A DNA stretch of 64,000 nt from Eledone cirrhosa (taxonomy: Eukaryota). The position numbers and the translations under genes are program-made. Shown here in pieces: positions 23,740 to 36,679 of the stretch. The stretch lies in contig OZ024744.1 in NCBI GenBank assembly GCA_964016885.1, positions 45,260,001-45,324,000 of the forward strand, given 5' to 3'. Positions within the stretch are counted from its first letter, which is position 1. Every line of letters starts with the position of its first letter. The notes under the pieces are model-generated. The model was not told where the DNA came from. It saw only the letters and a list, made by a program, of their open reading frames with translations, and searched no databases.

Positions 23740-26720
23740 TGCAGGCGACCTAAATGGTCACGTTGGACAACATTGTGACGGCTACGACGAAATCCATGGA
23801 GGCTATGGGTTTGGTACTAGAAATGAGGAAGGCTCCAGAATCCTGGAATTCTGTGATGCAAATAACCTAACTATCTGTAACACTAACTTCAAAAAACGTG
23901 ACAATCACCTGATCACCTATAGATCAGGGGAACACACAAGCCAGGTAGATTATATCCTTACCAGAAGACGTGACAGAGTGTCTGTTGTAAACACTAAATC
24001 CCTCCCCCATGAAGAATGCACCTCCCAACATAGACTGATAATTAGCGACCTCATAGTCAGGACGAGACGTACTCGACAGCAGAAGAGGACTATCCTCAGG
24101 AGGAAAATATGGAAACTAAAGGACCCCACAGCCAGAAATAAATTTCAAAGCATATTACTTGATGCTTTCGACAGTAAGGAAGAACATTTAGAGTCGGACA
24201 ATATAGAGGGACAGTGGGAATTTCTGAAAGCAAACCTGCTGTTGGCGACAGACGAAGTCTGTGGCTGGAGCAGGCCTGTAGGCAGGAGGAGAGTAACATG
24301 GTGGTGGAACAGTAGGGTGGAGGGGTCAATTAAGGCCAAAAAGCAGGCTTGGAAAGTATGGCGGGATGGGGGAAGTAGAGTAGACTATCAAGTGGCCAGG
24401 AGGGAAGCTAGGAGAGAAGTGTACTTAGCAAGAAGGGAAGCTGAGGAAAGAAAGTTCAAGCATGTTCTACAACGCGATGACCAAAAACGTGAGGTGTTCA
24501 GGATTACCAGGCAATGCGTCAAGGAAAACCGTGATATTGTCGGGGAGAAGTGTGTACTTAACGATGATGGCATACTTGCCATCACCGACACTGATAAGAA
24601 GGTAGCTTGGAAGTGTCACTATGAAAGGCTACTAAATGAGGAGAATAAATGGGAGAAAGACAGTCTCCCCCATATCGACCCGATAGAGGGACCAGCAGTG
24701 TTAGTCGAGGGTAGTATAATAAGTAAGGCAATCAAGGATATGAAGACGGGTAAGGCGGCTGGGCCTTCGGAAATAGTTGCTGAGATGCTGAAGGCATCTG
24801 GCACGGTGGGACACACCATGGTCACCCGCATAGTTAACCAAGTCGTACAGAATGGGGTTGTTCCGAAGGACTGGCATAGCAGCATCATCGTTAACTGTTA
24901 TAAGGGTAAAGGAGACGCCCTAGATAGGAGTAACTATAGAGGCATTAAATTAATCGACCAGGTCATAAAGGTCACGGAAAAAGTAATAGCGCAACTAATC
25001 AGAGAGAGAATTGACCTAGATGAAATGCAGTTCGGGTTTGTGTCAGGCAAAAGCACCACAGACGCTCTTTTCATAGTACGACAACTACAGGAGAAGTACC
25101 TAGCTAAAGGTAAACCCCTCTACTTAGCTTTTGTCGACCTGGAGAAAGCCTTCGACAGAGTCCCCCGCTCCATTATCTGGTGGGCTCTTAGAAAACTAGG
25201 CGTTGACGAATGGCTTGTGAGGGCTATACAAGCCATGTATAAAGAAACAGTCAGCAAGGTTAGAATTAACAACGAATATAGTGAAGAGTTTAGCGTAAAA
25301 GTTGGCGTCCATCAGGGCTCTGTTCTCAGCCCCCTACTATTTATTATTGCCCTTCAGGCTATAACAGAGGAGTTCAAGACAGGCTGCCCATGGGAACTCC
25401 TATACGCAGACGACCTGACACTCATAGCGGAATCAATGGCCGAGCTAGAGAAGAAATTCCAAACATGGAAGCACGGCCTAGAGTCAAAAGGACTTAAAAT
25501 TAACCTGGCTAAGACCAAAGTTCTAGTTTGTAGGAAAGAAAACAAGGCGGCGGTCCCTTCTGGGAAATGGTCGTGCTCGGTGTGTAGGAAAGGCGTAGGT
25601 AGAAACTCCATGTCCTAAATGCAAAGTATGGGTGCATAAAAGATGTAGTGGGATCACAGGTAAGCTAACTAAGAACATAGATTTTACATGTGGCCGGTGT
25701 TCTGGTGCAATAAGTAGCAGCAAGTGCCCACAAAATACTAGCTCTTTCAATTGCGCAGAGGGTTCTATAGAAATAGTGGACAGCTTCCGTTACCTGGGCG
25801 ATAAAATCAGCAGTGGGGGAGGGTGCTCTGAAAGTACTGTAGCTAGAGTCAGAACTGGTTGGAAAAAGTTCAGAGAGCTTATACCACTATTAGCTGCTAA
25901 AGGGTTCTCCCTAAAAATGAAAGGCAGGTTGTACGATGCCTGCATACGAACAGCAATGTTGCATGGCAGTGAGACCTGGGCATTGTGTGCAGAGGATATA
26001 CGCAGACTAGAGAGGAACGAAGCTTGCATGCTCCGCTGGATGTGTAACAGTAATATACGTGAACGGCAAAGCATAAACGAACTAAGGAAAAAATTAGAGA
26101 TAAGAGGGATCAGATGTTGTTTACTCGAGAGAAGGCTGCGTTGGTATGGACACGTGATGCGCATGAAAGTCGATAGCTGTATAACAAAGTGCAGGGCAAT
26201 GAAGATAGACGGTAGCCACGGAATAGGCAGACCTAGAAAAATATGGGATGAGCTGATAAACTCCGACCTCACACACTTACACCTCTCCAAGACAATGTCA
26301 CTGGACCGAGACCTTTGGCGGTACTCAGTAACAGAGAAGACCCGCCTTGCCAGTAGGCATCTCTAACAAAATACACCCCGTCCCGCCACCACCCCCACCC
26401 CATCCACACCACCCTGTTCTATGTAAAGTTATGTTGGTGCCGCGCCATCCAGGCCGAAACAAATGAGATCGTGTAGGTGTCACGACAAAAAAACACAGTC
26501 CACGCTGTAATGTGGCCGTGTAGGCAACACGGTAAAAACCTCCCAGACCCACACTGTAAATGTGGTTGGTGTTAGGAAGGGCATCCAACTGTAGAAAACC
26601 TGCCAGACAGTCCTATGCGAGCAAGACAATCACTCTTGCCTCAAGTGGGACTACCCCCGTCCAAACCCATGCAAGCGTGGAACACGGACGTTAAACGTTG
26701 ATGATGATGATGATGATGAT
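23740..26720 (+). mobile_element. RTE LINE family B, APE (partial) + RT, one frameshift near 25610
   Basis: AGDLNGHVG, SQVDYIL, SQHRLI (APE); LYADD (RT); (GAT)n tail. Confidence 0.95.
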
Positions 26721-26752
26721 ATGTATATATATATATGCTAGGGACATTATTT

Positions 26753-27415
26753 TCATCATCATCATCATCATCGTTTAACGTCCATTTTCCTCACTTGCAT
26801 GGGTCTGGACAGGAATTGTCCCACTTGAGGCAAGATTGGTTGTCTTGCTCAGAACTGTCTGGCGGGTTTTCTACGGTTGGATGCCCTTCCTAACCCCAAC
26901 CACGTTAACGGCGTGGACTGGAAGGTTTTTACCGTGTTACCTACATGGCCACATTACAGCGTGTACTTTTTATGGTGTTTTCGTCGTGACACCTACACGA
27001 CCTCATTTATTTAGGACTGGATGTTGTGGTACCAACATAGCTTTACATCAAAAGGGCTGGTGTAGATGGCAGTGGGGGTAAGGGTTAGTGGGATGGGGTG
27101 TATTTTGATTAACAGGTGCCTACTGACTGTAAGTACAAAGCAAGGCGGGTCTTCTGTATTACTACATAGCACCAAAGATCTCGGTCCAGTGACAATGTCT
27201 TGGAGAGGTGTAAGTGTCTGAGTTCGGATTTTATCAAGTCGTCCCAGGTTTTTCTGGGTCTGCCTACTCCGTCTATTTTGATCACCCTGCACTTTTTTAT
27301 ACTGTCATCTTTCATGCGCATTACGTGACCATACAAACATAGTCTTCTTTCGAGTAAACAGCATCTGATCCCTCTTATTCCTAATTTCTCACTTAGTTCA
27401 TTTATGCTTTGCCGT
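26753..27415 (-). mobile_element. RTE 3' fragment abutting the exon 20 acceptor
   Basis: RRLCLYGHV, GRPRKTW; (CAT)n tail. Similar 3' UTR-only pieces at 19195-19475 (-), 28377-28655 (-), 36222-36448 (-), 37500-37790 (+). Confidence 0.85.
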
Positions 27416-27428
27416 TTATATATTCTAG

Positions 27429-27488
27429 GTGACCATATTACAGTGTCCCCTCGCAGTGCTTCAATCAAGCCAAAATCAACTAAAAAGG
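27429..27488 (+). CDS. Repeat exon 20 (60 nt): G-DHITVSPRSASIKPKSTKK
   Basis: Canonical splice sites; an RTE fragment abuts about 14 nt upstream of the exon. Confidence 0.65.
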
Positions 27489-27539
27489 GTAAGTTATAAT
27501 TTGAACATCATCTAATAAGTTATTCAGTAATTTCTCCTC

Positions 27540-27576
<37 letters not shown>

Positions 27577-28286
27577 GTAAGTATGTATGTATGTATACGT
27601 ACATACATATATGTATACAGACGTACAGTAGTATGTATATATATATATACATACATGCACACATATATATATGCACATATCGGTTTACCGAACATTTATT
27701 ATAATGCTCGGTTTGTTTGTTTGTAAACAAACAGCCCGAATTACGCCGTACAGTGTTTAGGCAACCACGTCACCTTTTTGTTCAACACTGACACAGGAAC
27801 GATGTACTAGTTTCAAGCATATTAGCTATCATCAGCATCATATACGTTCCTGCCAGATGGTGGAACGTCTGAAAGTATATACTTTCCTTATGCATATTAA
27901 CGGCTGAGCAACCTAATTTGCAGATCGAGTGAGTTCAGTCGGCTGGACGCACCGAAAACGATAAATGGAATAGAATGAAATGAAATTTAATTTCTCACTC
28001 TGAGTATGGCACTTACTTAAATGTAAGTATGTATGTATACGTACATACATATATGTATGTATACGTACATACATATATGTATACAGACATACAGTAGTAT
28101 GTATATATATACATAAATGCACACATATATATATACATACACTAGTATGTATATATATACATACATGCACACATATATATATGCATGTATCGGTTTACCG
28201 GTTTATCGGTTTATCGGTTCATCGGCTTACATTTAAGTAAGTGCAGTACTAACAGTGAGAAATGGAATTTCGTTTCTTTCTATTCC

Positions 28287-28330
<44 letters not shown>

Positions 28331-28756
28331 GGCTGAGACAGCGGTAGTTTGGTCCATTTGTGTTTGGACCTTGTGTATCATCATCATCATCATCATCGTT
28401 TAACGTCTATCTTCAACACTAGCATGGGTTTAGACGGGAATTGTCCCTCTTGAAACAAGATTGGTTGTCTTGCTCGTATGGCACTATCTGGCAGGTTTTC
28501 TATGGCTGGATGCCCTTCCTAACACCAACCACGTTTAGAGTGTGGACTGGGAGGTTTTTACAGTTTTGCCTACACGGCCACATTACAGCGTGGCCTTTGT
28601 GTTTTTTTGTCGTGACACCAACACGACCTCATTTATTTAGGACTGGATGTTGTGGTATATATATGTATATATCAGAGATATAACTGTTTCTTGTATTTGT
28701 AATGTTATTTGTATATATACATGTAGGTTTACTATGATTTTGTTTATATATTCTAG

Positions 28757-28816
28757 CTGACCATATTGCATTGTCTCCTCGCATTGCTTCAATGAAGCCT
28801 GAACCTACAAAAAAAA
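28757..28816 (+). CDS. Repeat exon 21 (60 nt): A-DHIALSPRIASMKPEPTKK
   Basis: ttctag|CTGACC...AAAA|gtaagt; open; full-length paralog of exon 16. Confidence 0.72.
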
Positions 28817-29524
28817 GTAAGTTATAATTTGAACATCATGTAATAAATAATGGTGGTTGGTGTGAGTGTGCACACACACATACACCACACACACACACAC
28901 ACTTATACACACACACATATATGTGTGTGTGTTGTGTGTGTACATATTTATATGCATATGAAGAGAGAAAGAGAGAGAGAGAGAGAAAGAGAGACGTTTA
29001 TGCATATACAAACACTTTCTACCTGTCATATACACACATATGGGATATTGTAGGTAAAATGACAATTAGTATTTTTCTTTTAATCTTATCATGTCAGACT
29101 GTAGTACTCAACACACCATACCTGGAGAAAGAACAAGATAGGAAGATTCACCTCCCTTTTCCCCTGTTAGCCAAACATATACTTCAAGGTCATTCACAAT
29201 CGCACTTACTGTAATTATGGAGCAGGAAGTAAGAGTCTACTCCCCTATTTTAGAGCTTGTGTCCTCATTGTGATAATATCCTAAAAGAAATTCCCTCACA
29301 TGCCCCTGGTAACTTTTGAGCAGCATATTATTGTTTTTATTTTATATGTACCTTCCCCTTCCTACCTTTCCTATACTTTTTATCCTTATGGGTTAGATAA
29401 ATAAAGTACCAGTAATGTACTGGGGTCGATTTAATTGACTTTCCCTAAATTGTAGGCCTGGTCCTAAATCAGAAACTAATATATTTTTACCTTACAAATT
29501 ATTTTATGGAGAAAGAGAATGAAA

Positions 29525-31015
29525 TAATATATATATATATAATGAAATTATTGTGTACAGTGATCAGGTGCACTACAACTCATCAAAGGTGCATTTATAG
29601 AACATAGAATAATATACAAATGTCAGGGAAGTGAATAGTGTATGAGTCATGATATACATGTGTGCATGTGTATGGATGGGTAATATTAGGTGTAGTGTTG
29701 GCGAATCTCAGGAAGCATGGACGTTTTAAAGGATGCAGTGTCTCGACAGCTAACAACTGGTGCAGGGAGTTTGTTCCATGCTTCAGCAACTCTGAGCGTG
29801 ATAAAATGTTTGTGAAAGTCATGGGAGCTGTGCTGTTTTCTGACTTTGTGGGCATGCCCACGTGTGTTAGACACATGGAAATCAAAAAGGTACTCAGTGT
29901 TGTTGTTGGCAAGATGGTTAATAATTTTGTGTGTGTTTACCAAGTCATTTGCCAGACGTCGGAACTTCAATGTATCCATACCCAGGGAAGCAAGGCGACA
30001 GAGTGTGGTAGATGCCCGATGGAGGGTATTCGCTTAGTTGCACGTCTCTGAACAGTTTCCAGGCAGTCAATGTTCTGAGCAAGATAGGGATTCCAGACTG
30101 GTGATGCAAATTGTAAGTGTGGCCGCACCATAGCTATGTATAGCTTTAAATAGATAGCTGGAGAGTGGCTGACAAAGGTCTTGCTGAGAGATGCTAAGAC
30201 ACCTTCGGCCTTCTTGACAATTTTAGAGACGTGCTTCGTCCAACAGAAATTGCTGCTGACTGTAATGTCCAGGTCACGTTCACAAGAAGACTTCTTGATA
30301 TTAGTGTTGTGGAGGGAGTATGTGGACGCTGGGTTTTTACTCCCAAAATGAATGGTTGTGCACTTGTCAACAGCTGGCTTGAGTTGCCAGTCTGTCATCC
30401 ATTGTTGCATTGTGTCCAGGTGAGATAGCAGGCAAGATCTATAGTGTTCAGGATATGTCCTTTTTATCTCAAGGTACAGCTTGATGTCATCTAAATATTT
30501 CAGTACTGTGGCATTCTTTAAGTTGGCATCTATGTCATTAATATATGCCACAAACAAAAGGGAGCCAAGAACAGATCCCTGTGGTACATCAGATGACATT
30601 TCATATGGAGAGGAATGCCATCCTAGAACCATGACTACTTCTCTTCGACTGAGAATGAAGGACTTCAACCAGTTAAGAAAGATCGTCCTTCACACCCATT
30701 GCAGAGAGTTTTGCGATAAGTCAAGGTAAACAATATCCACCCATGAGTCGCCATCAGTGATCTGGGTGATGTCTTCAAGAAACTTGATAAGTTGATCACA
30801 GCAGTTGGAGTTAGGGATAAATCCAAATTGTGAGGCCCAGATGAGACTGTGAGAGTTCCAGAAGTTCCAAAGCATTTCTCTGACACAGGATTCCATCAAT
30901 GCAGCTAGTAAGACTGACTAGACGATAGTTCACAGGTGAAGTGCATTGACCCTTTTGAACAGAGGAATGACACTGGCAGTTTTCCATTGTTTCCCAGAGT
31001 TTTTTTCTTGTTAGT
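29525..31015 (-). mobile_element. CR1-clade LINE, degenerate RT and 3' end
   Basis: VPQGSVLG, YLDDIKL, VRPHLQFASPVWNP, TRGH...RVAEAWNKLP motifs. Confidence 0.88.
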
Positions 31016-31361
31016 TTTTGTGGGTACAGTGTTTTCAGACCAGCTGGTATCTCTTTTCCATGTTTCACCAGCCTTAATAAATTTCCATATCTGCCCATCA
31101 TCACGTGGGCTGAAGTTTTCATGTTCTGCCAAACTGCGGTTTAAGGAAGCTGCAGCACGCAGCTTTGGGTGGACATCAGTTGAAAGACCAGGGTGTGTTC
31201 GGAAGGCAATCCAACTTTCACGCCTAGCTTTATCAGAGGCCAAAAGATATGAACGTGCCTTAGTTGAGTTTGAAAAAGACAGTTTAATTAACCTGGGTTT
31301 CGTGCCTGGTCGGCCAAGGCTTAGAACACGCTTCGGGGAGCAAATGTCTGTAGATCAAACA

Positions 31362-32396
31362 GCTCTTGTTCATTATAGTCCTCCAAGCCATAATAGAGGA
31401 GTTTAAGACTGGCTGTCCATGGGAACTTCTCTATGCTGACGATCTGGTTCTTATAGCAGAATCGGTAGAGGAGCTAGATAATAAATTCTTGCTATGGAAA
31501 CAGCAGTTGGAATCAAGAGGACTGAGAGTGAACCTAGCTAAGACAGAAGTGTTGATGAGTAGAAAAGAGACCAAATCTCTGATTCCGTCAGGGAAATGGC
31601 CATGTTCAATATGCAGAAAAGGAACTGGCATAAATTCTATAAAATGCACACTATGCAGATCTTGGGTACACAAGAGATGTAGTGGGATAGCAGGCAAACT
31701 AACAGGTAGGGAGAAATACGTATGAAGTAGATGTATAGAGAAATTTGACAGTAGAAGTCACATTGATAGACACATTTTTCCAATGCAGGTGGGTGCTATA
31801 GAAGTGGTTGATAGCTTCCAGTACATAGGTGATCAGATTAGCATGGGAGGGTGGTGTTCCGAGGTCATAGTATCTAGAATAAGGATGGGTTGGAAGAAGT
31901 TTAGGTAGCTCCTTCCTCTGCTGACGAAGAAGGGTTTCTCCCTGCGTATGAACGGCCGGTTGTATGATGCCTGTGTGAGGAGCGTAAGGATATGTGACGG
32001 CTGCAGTGAAATGAGGCAAACATGCTCCATTGGATGTGCAAAGTCAATGTGCATGAACAGCCTAGCATGGATAAGTTGAGAGAGAAACTGTGTCTGAGAG
32101 GGATAGATTGTACTGTGCGGGAGAGGAGACTGCGATGGTATGGACATGTGATGCGCATGGCGGATGACCGATGGGTGAAGAAGTGCCAGGAAATGCCAGT
32201 TGAAGGAAGACGTAGTAGAGGCTGAACAGGAAAGACATGGGTGGAGGTGGTGAGAGCAGATCTCAGAGTGCTCAAGCTCATGGTGGAGATGACGAAGGAC
32301 CATGACAAGTGGAGAGATGCTGTGCTGAATAGGAGACGTCCCACCCTTGCAAGCAGGGAAAAGTGGACGTAAGATGATGATGATGATGATGATGAT
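31362..32396 (+). mobile_element. RTE fragment (family C)
   Basis: LYADD, Cys cluster, RRLRWYGHV, (GAT)n tail. Confidence 0.88.
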
Positions 32397-32571
32397 ATAA
32401 ATGGCAGGGACAGCGGCAGTTTGGTCCATTTGTGTTTGGACCTGGTATATATATGTATATATCAGAGATAATGAATCCAATAACTGTTTCCTGTATTTGT
32501 AATTTTATTTGTATATATACATATAGGTTTACTATGATTTTGTTTATATATTCTATGTGACTATATTACAG

Positions 32572-32616
32572 TGTCGCCTCGCACTGCACCAATCAAGCGT
32601 AAATCAGCTGAAAAGA
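32572..32616 (+). CDS. Repeat exon 22 (45 nt via internal CAG; ancestral start 32557): x-SPRTAPIKRKSAEK
   Basis: Canonical AG mutated to AT (ttctat); internal ttacag is in frame; donor gtaagt intact. Confidence 0.5.
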
Positions 32617-33235
32617 GTAAGTTATAATTTAAACATCATGTAATAAGTTATTCAGTAACTTATTTAGGTTTTCAACAGTAAATTTACAACTACTTAATTC
32701 AGTCAAGAATATTAAACTCTATATTACAAACTCACCTAACATAATGCAGAATAAACATTTTATTGACTTCCTCAGAGACCTTGTAATGATGATAAAAGTA
32801 AAGATAGACATTTTAGGGCATTATCAGAGATAGCTGAGAAAGAATGACATTATATGTGGTTCAAATGAGATGATAAATGTTGCCCTAGATTCATTGAGGT
32901 AGATGGAATTACATCACAGATCAATATTCTCATCTTTAACAAAACATCATCCTACAGTTCTTCACAATTTCTTGTCTCCCTTCATTGTTCATACACTGCA
33001 TCCTTTTATCCACTACATGAGCCAGTACTCTAAATATTTGGTTAAACCACTATATATATCTGTTCTTCGGGACCAGTGGGAAACTGTAGAATGTTTCTCT
33101 CATAATTCAAGACATCCCACATATGACTAGCCAAACTTTACTCCTTTTGGAAGTTTTAGATTTGTGGGATAAGTAAGCATGTCATTAACAGAACAAACCG
33201 TATAAATGGATCTAGTTGATTAAATAAACCACAAT

Positions 33236-34968
33236 ATCATCATCATCATCACCGTTTTACATCCGTTCTTCCACACTAGCATGGGTTAGACGGGGTGTCC
33301 TATTGTGGGCAGTGTCCAGTCGGCTCACTTTGTCTTGCTCATACAGGACCTGATTTTGGCTTGATTTCTACAGTTCGATGCCCTTCCTAACACCAACCTC
33401 ATTTACAGAGAGTGCTGGGTGCTTTTTTCCATGGTGCCTACATGTGCACGTGACAGTGTGGGCTGGGTGATTTTTTGCTGTGTCACCTCCATGACCACTT
33501 TGAAGTGGGGGAGGGGAGGCAGGGGATGGGGGAATATTGTCTATATGCTTCAGCTTCAGCTTGTACCCGTGGGGGGTTGGGTCTTCTGTATTACTGCGTG
33601 ACGCCAGAGGTCACGGTCTTGTGTCATCGCCTTTGAGAGGTTTAATTGGGTAAGGTCGACTTTTATCACCTCATCCCAGGTCTTCTTGGGTCTCGCCACT
33701 CCGCAGTTTTCATCAACTTCTAGTGCTCTGCATCTTTTTATGCAGCTGTCATCCTTCATACGCATCACATATCCATACCAACGTAACCTCCTCTCCTGCA
33801 CACAGCATTTGATTCCTCTTATGCTCAGTCTCTCTCTCAATTCGTTTATGCTTTTCCGTTCGCGTATATTACTATTACACATCCATCATAGCATACAGGC
33901 TTCGTTTCTTTCTAATCTACGTAAGTCTTCTACAGACAGCGCCCAGGTTTCACTTCCATGTAACATTACTGTTCGTATACACGCATCATACAGTCTGTCT
34001 TTGATTTTGAGCGAAATGCCTTTTGCAGCTAGCAGTGGCAGTAGGTCCCCGAACTTCTTCCATCCCGTTCTTACCCTAGTTATTGTACTTTCTGAACACC
34101 CACCTCTGCTGCTAATTTGGTCACCTAGGTAGCAGAAGCTGTCTACTGTTTCTACAGAGCTCTCCCAGAGTTTGGTGGTGCTTGTTTCCTGTGGTCATTC
34201 ACTGCTTGCTGTCCCAGCACAGCTGCTACATTCTTAGTTAAACTTCCTGAGATCCCACTACATCACTTGTGTACCCATTGTTTGCATTTGGGGCAGAGGA
34301 TGGAGTTCCTACCTACACCTTTCCTACATACTGAGCAAGGCCATTTCCCTGAGGATTTCCCTGAGGGCATCTGAGTTGTGTTTTCTCGTCTACTTACAAG
34401 AACCTTAGTCTTTGTCAGGTTGACTCTGAGGCCCCTTCTTTCTAGTCCCTGCATCCATGTTTGGAATTTCTTCTTTAGTTCCACCATGGATTCAGCTATA
34501 AGTGCGAGATCATCCACATACAGGAGTTCCCATGGGCATCCGGTCTTAAACTCCTCCTGTATGTTAAATTCCTCGCTATATTCATTGCTAACTCTAACTT
34601 TGTTGACTGCTCCTCTATACATGGCTTGTACAGCTTTCACAAGCCATTCATCTACTCCTAGTTTTCTAAGAGCCCACCAGATTATAGCACGGGGGACTCT
34701 GTCGAAAGCTTTTTCCAGATCGACAAATGCCACTTAAAGCAGCTTACTTTTAGCTAGGTACTTTTCCTCTAACTGCCTCACAAGGAAGAGGGCATCAGTG
34801 GTGCCTTTTCCTGGTACAAACCCAAATTGCATCTCATCTAGTTTCACCCGGTCCCTAATCAACTGTGCTATAACTCTTTCCGTTATTTTCATGACCTGGT
34901 CCATAAGCTTTATACCTCTATAGTTTCCTCTATCTAGTGCATCACCTTTACCTTTGTAGCAGTTGACA
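33236..34968 (-). mobile_element. RTE fragment (family A)
   Basis: FVDLEKAFD, LYVDD; (CAT)n tail at 33236. Confidence 0.9.
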
Positions 34969-35020
34969 TATATACATCGAGCCCTCTTTGGATTTTAGTC
35001 TTCAAATTTATTATTATTAC

Positions 35021-36057
35021 TATCATCATCATCAACGTTTAACGTCCGTGTTCCACGCTTGCATGGGTTTGGACGGGGGTATTCCCACTTGGGGCAAGAG
35101 TGATTGTCTTGCTCGCATAGGACTGTCTGGCAGGTTTTCTACAGTTGGATGCCCTTCCTAACACCAACCACATTTACAGTGTGGGTCTGGGAGGTTTTTA
35201 CCGTGTTGCCTACACGGCCACATTACAGCGTGGACTGTGTGTTTTTTTGTCGTGACACCTACACGATCTCATTTGTTTCGGCCTGGATGGTGTGGCACCA
35301 ACATAACTTTACATAGAAGGGGGCGGTATGGATGGGGTGGGGGTGGTGGGACGGGGGTGTATTTTGTTAGAGATGCCTACTGACTGTAGTAGGTTTTACT
35401 TTGTATTTAGGTAAGGCGGGTCTTCTCTATTACTGAGTACCGCCAAAGGTCTCGGTCCAGTGACATTGTCTTGGTGAGGTGTAAGTGTGTGAGGTCGGAG
35501 TTTATCAGCTCGTCCCAGGTTTTTCTGGGTCTGCCTATTCCGTGGCTACCGTCTATCTTTGTTATACAGCTATCGTCCTTCATGCGCATCACGTGACCAT
35601 ACCAACGTAGCCTTCTCTCTAGTAAACAACATCTGATCCGTCTTATTTCTAATTTTTTCCTTAGTTCATCTATGCTTTGTCGTTCACGTATATTACTATT
35701 ACACATCCAGCGGAGCATGCAAGCTTCGTTTCTCTCTAGTCTGCGTATATCCTCTGCACACAATGCCCAGGTCTCACTGCCATGCAACATTGCTGTTCGT
35801 ATGCAGGCATCGTACAACCTGCCTTTCATTTTTAGGGAGAACCCTTTAGCGGCTAATAGTGGTATAAGCTCTCTGAACTTTTTCCACCCAGTTCTGACTC
35901 TAGCTACAGTACTTTCAGAGCACCCCCCCCCCCCCACTGCTGATTTTGTCACCCAGGTAACGGAAGCTGTCCACTATTTCTATAGAACCCTCTGCGCAGT
36001 TGAAAGAGCTAGTATTTTGTGGGCACTTGCTGCTACTTATTTCTCCAGAACACCGGC

Positions 36058-36060
<3 letters not shown>
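35021..36060 (-). mobile_element. RTE fragment (family B)
   Basis: ORF 35407-35952 RT C-terminus; 5' end runs into (TA)n. Confidence 0.9.
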
Positions 36061-36138
<78 letters not shown>

Positions 36139-36619
36139 ACATATATATATGTATACATATACATATATATACATATATATGTATACATATATATATGTAT
36201 ACATATACATATATATACATATATCATCATCATCATCATCATCAACGTTTAACGTCCGTGTTCCACGCTTGCATGGGTTTGGACGGGGGTAGTCCCACTT
36301 GAGGCAAGAGTGATTTGTCTTGCTCGCATAGGACTGTCTGGCAGGTTTTCTACAGTTGGATGCCCTTCCTAACACCAACCACATTTACAGTGTGGGTCTG
36401 AGAGGTTTTTACCGTGTTGCCTACATGGCCACATTACAGCGTGGACTATATATACGTATATATATATATATATAAATGGCAGGGACAGCAGCAGTTTCGT
36501 CTATTTGTTTTGGGATCTGGTGTATATATGTATATATGAGAGATAATGAATCTAATAACTGTTTCCTGTATTTGTATATATACATGTAGGTTTATTATGA
36601 TTTTGTTTATATATTCTAG

Positions 36620-36679
36620 GTGACCATATTACAGTGTCCCCTTATAGTGCTCCAATCAAGCCAAAATGAACCAAAAAGG
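36620..36679 (+). CDS. Repeat exon 23 (60 nt) with in-frame TGA at 36667-36669: x-DHITVSPYSAPIKPK*
   Basis: Canonical splice sites; TCA>TGA relative to paralogs. Confidence 0.6.
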
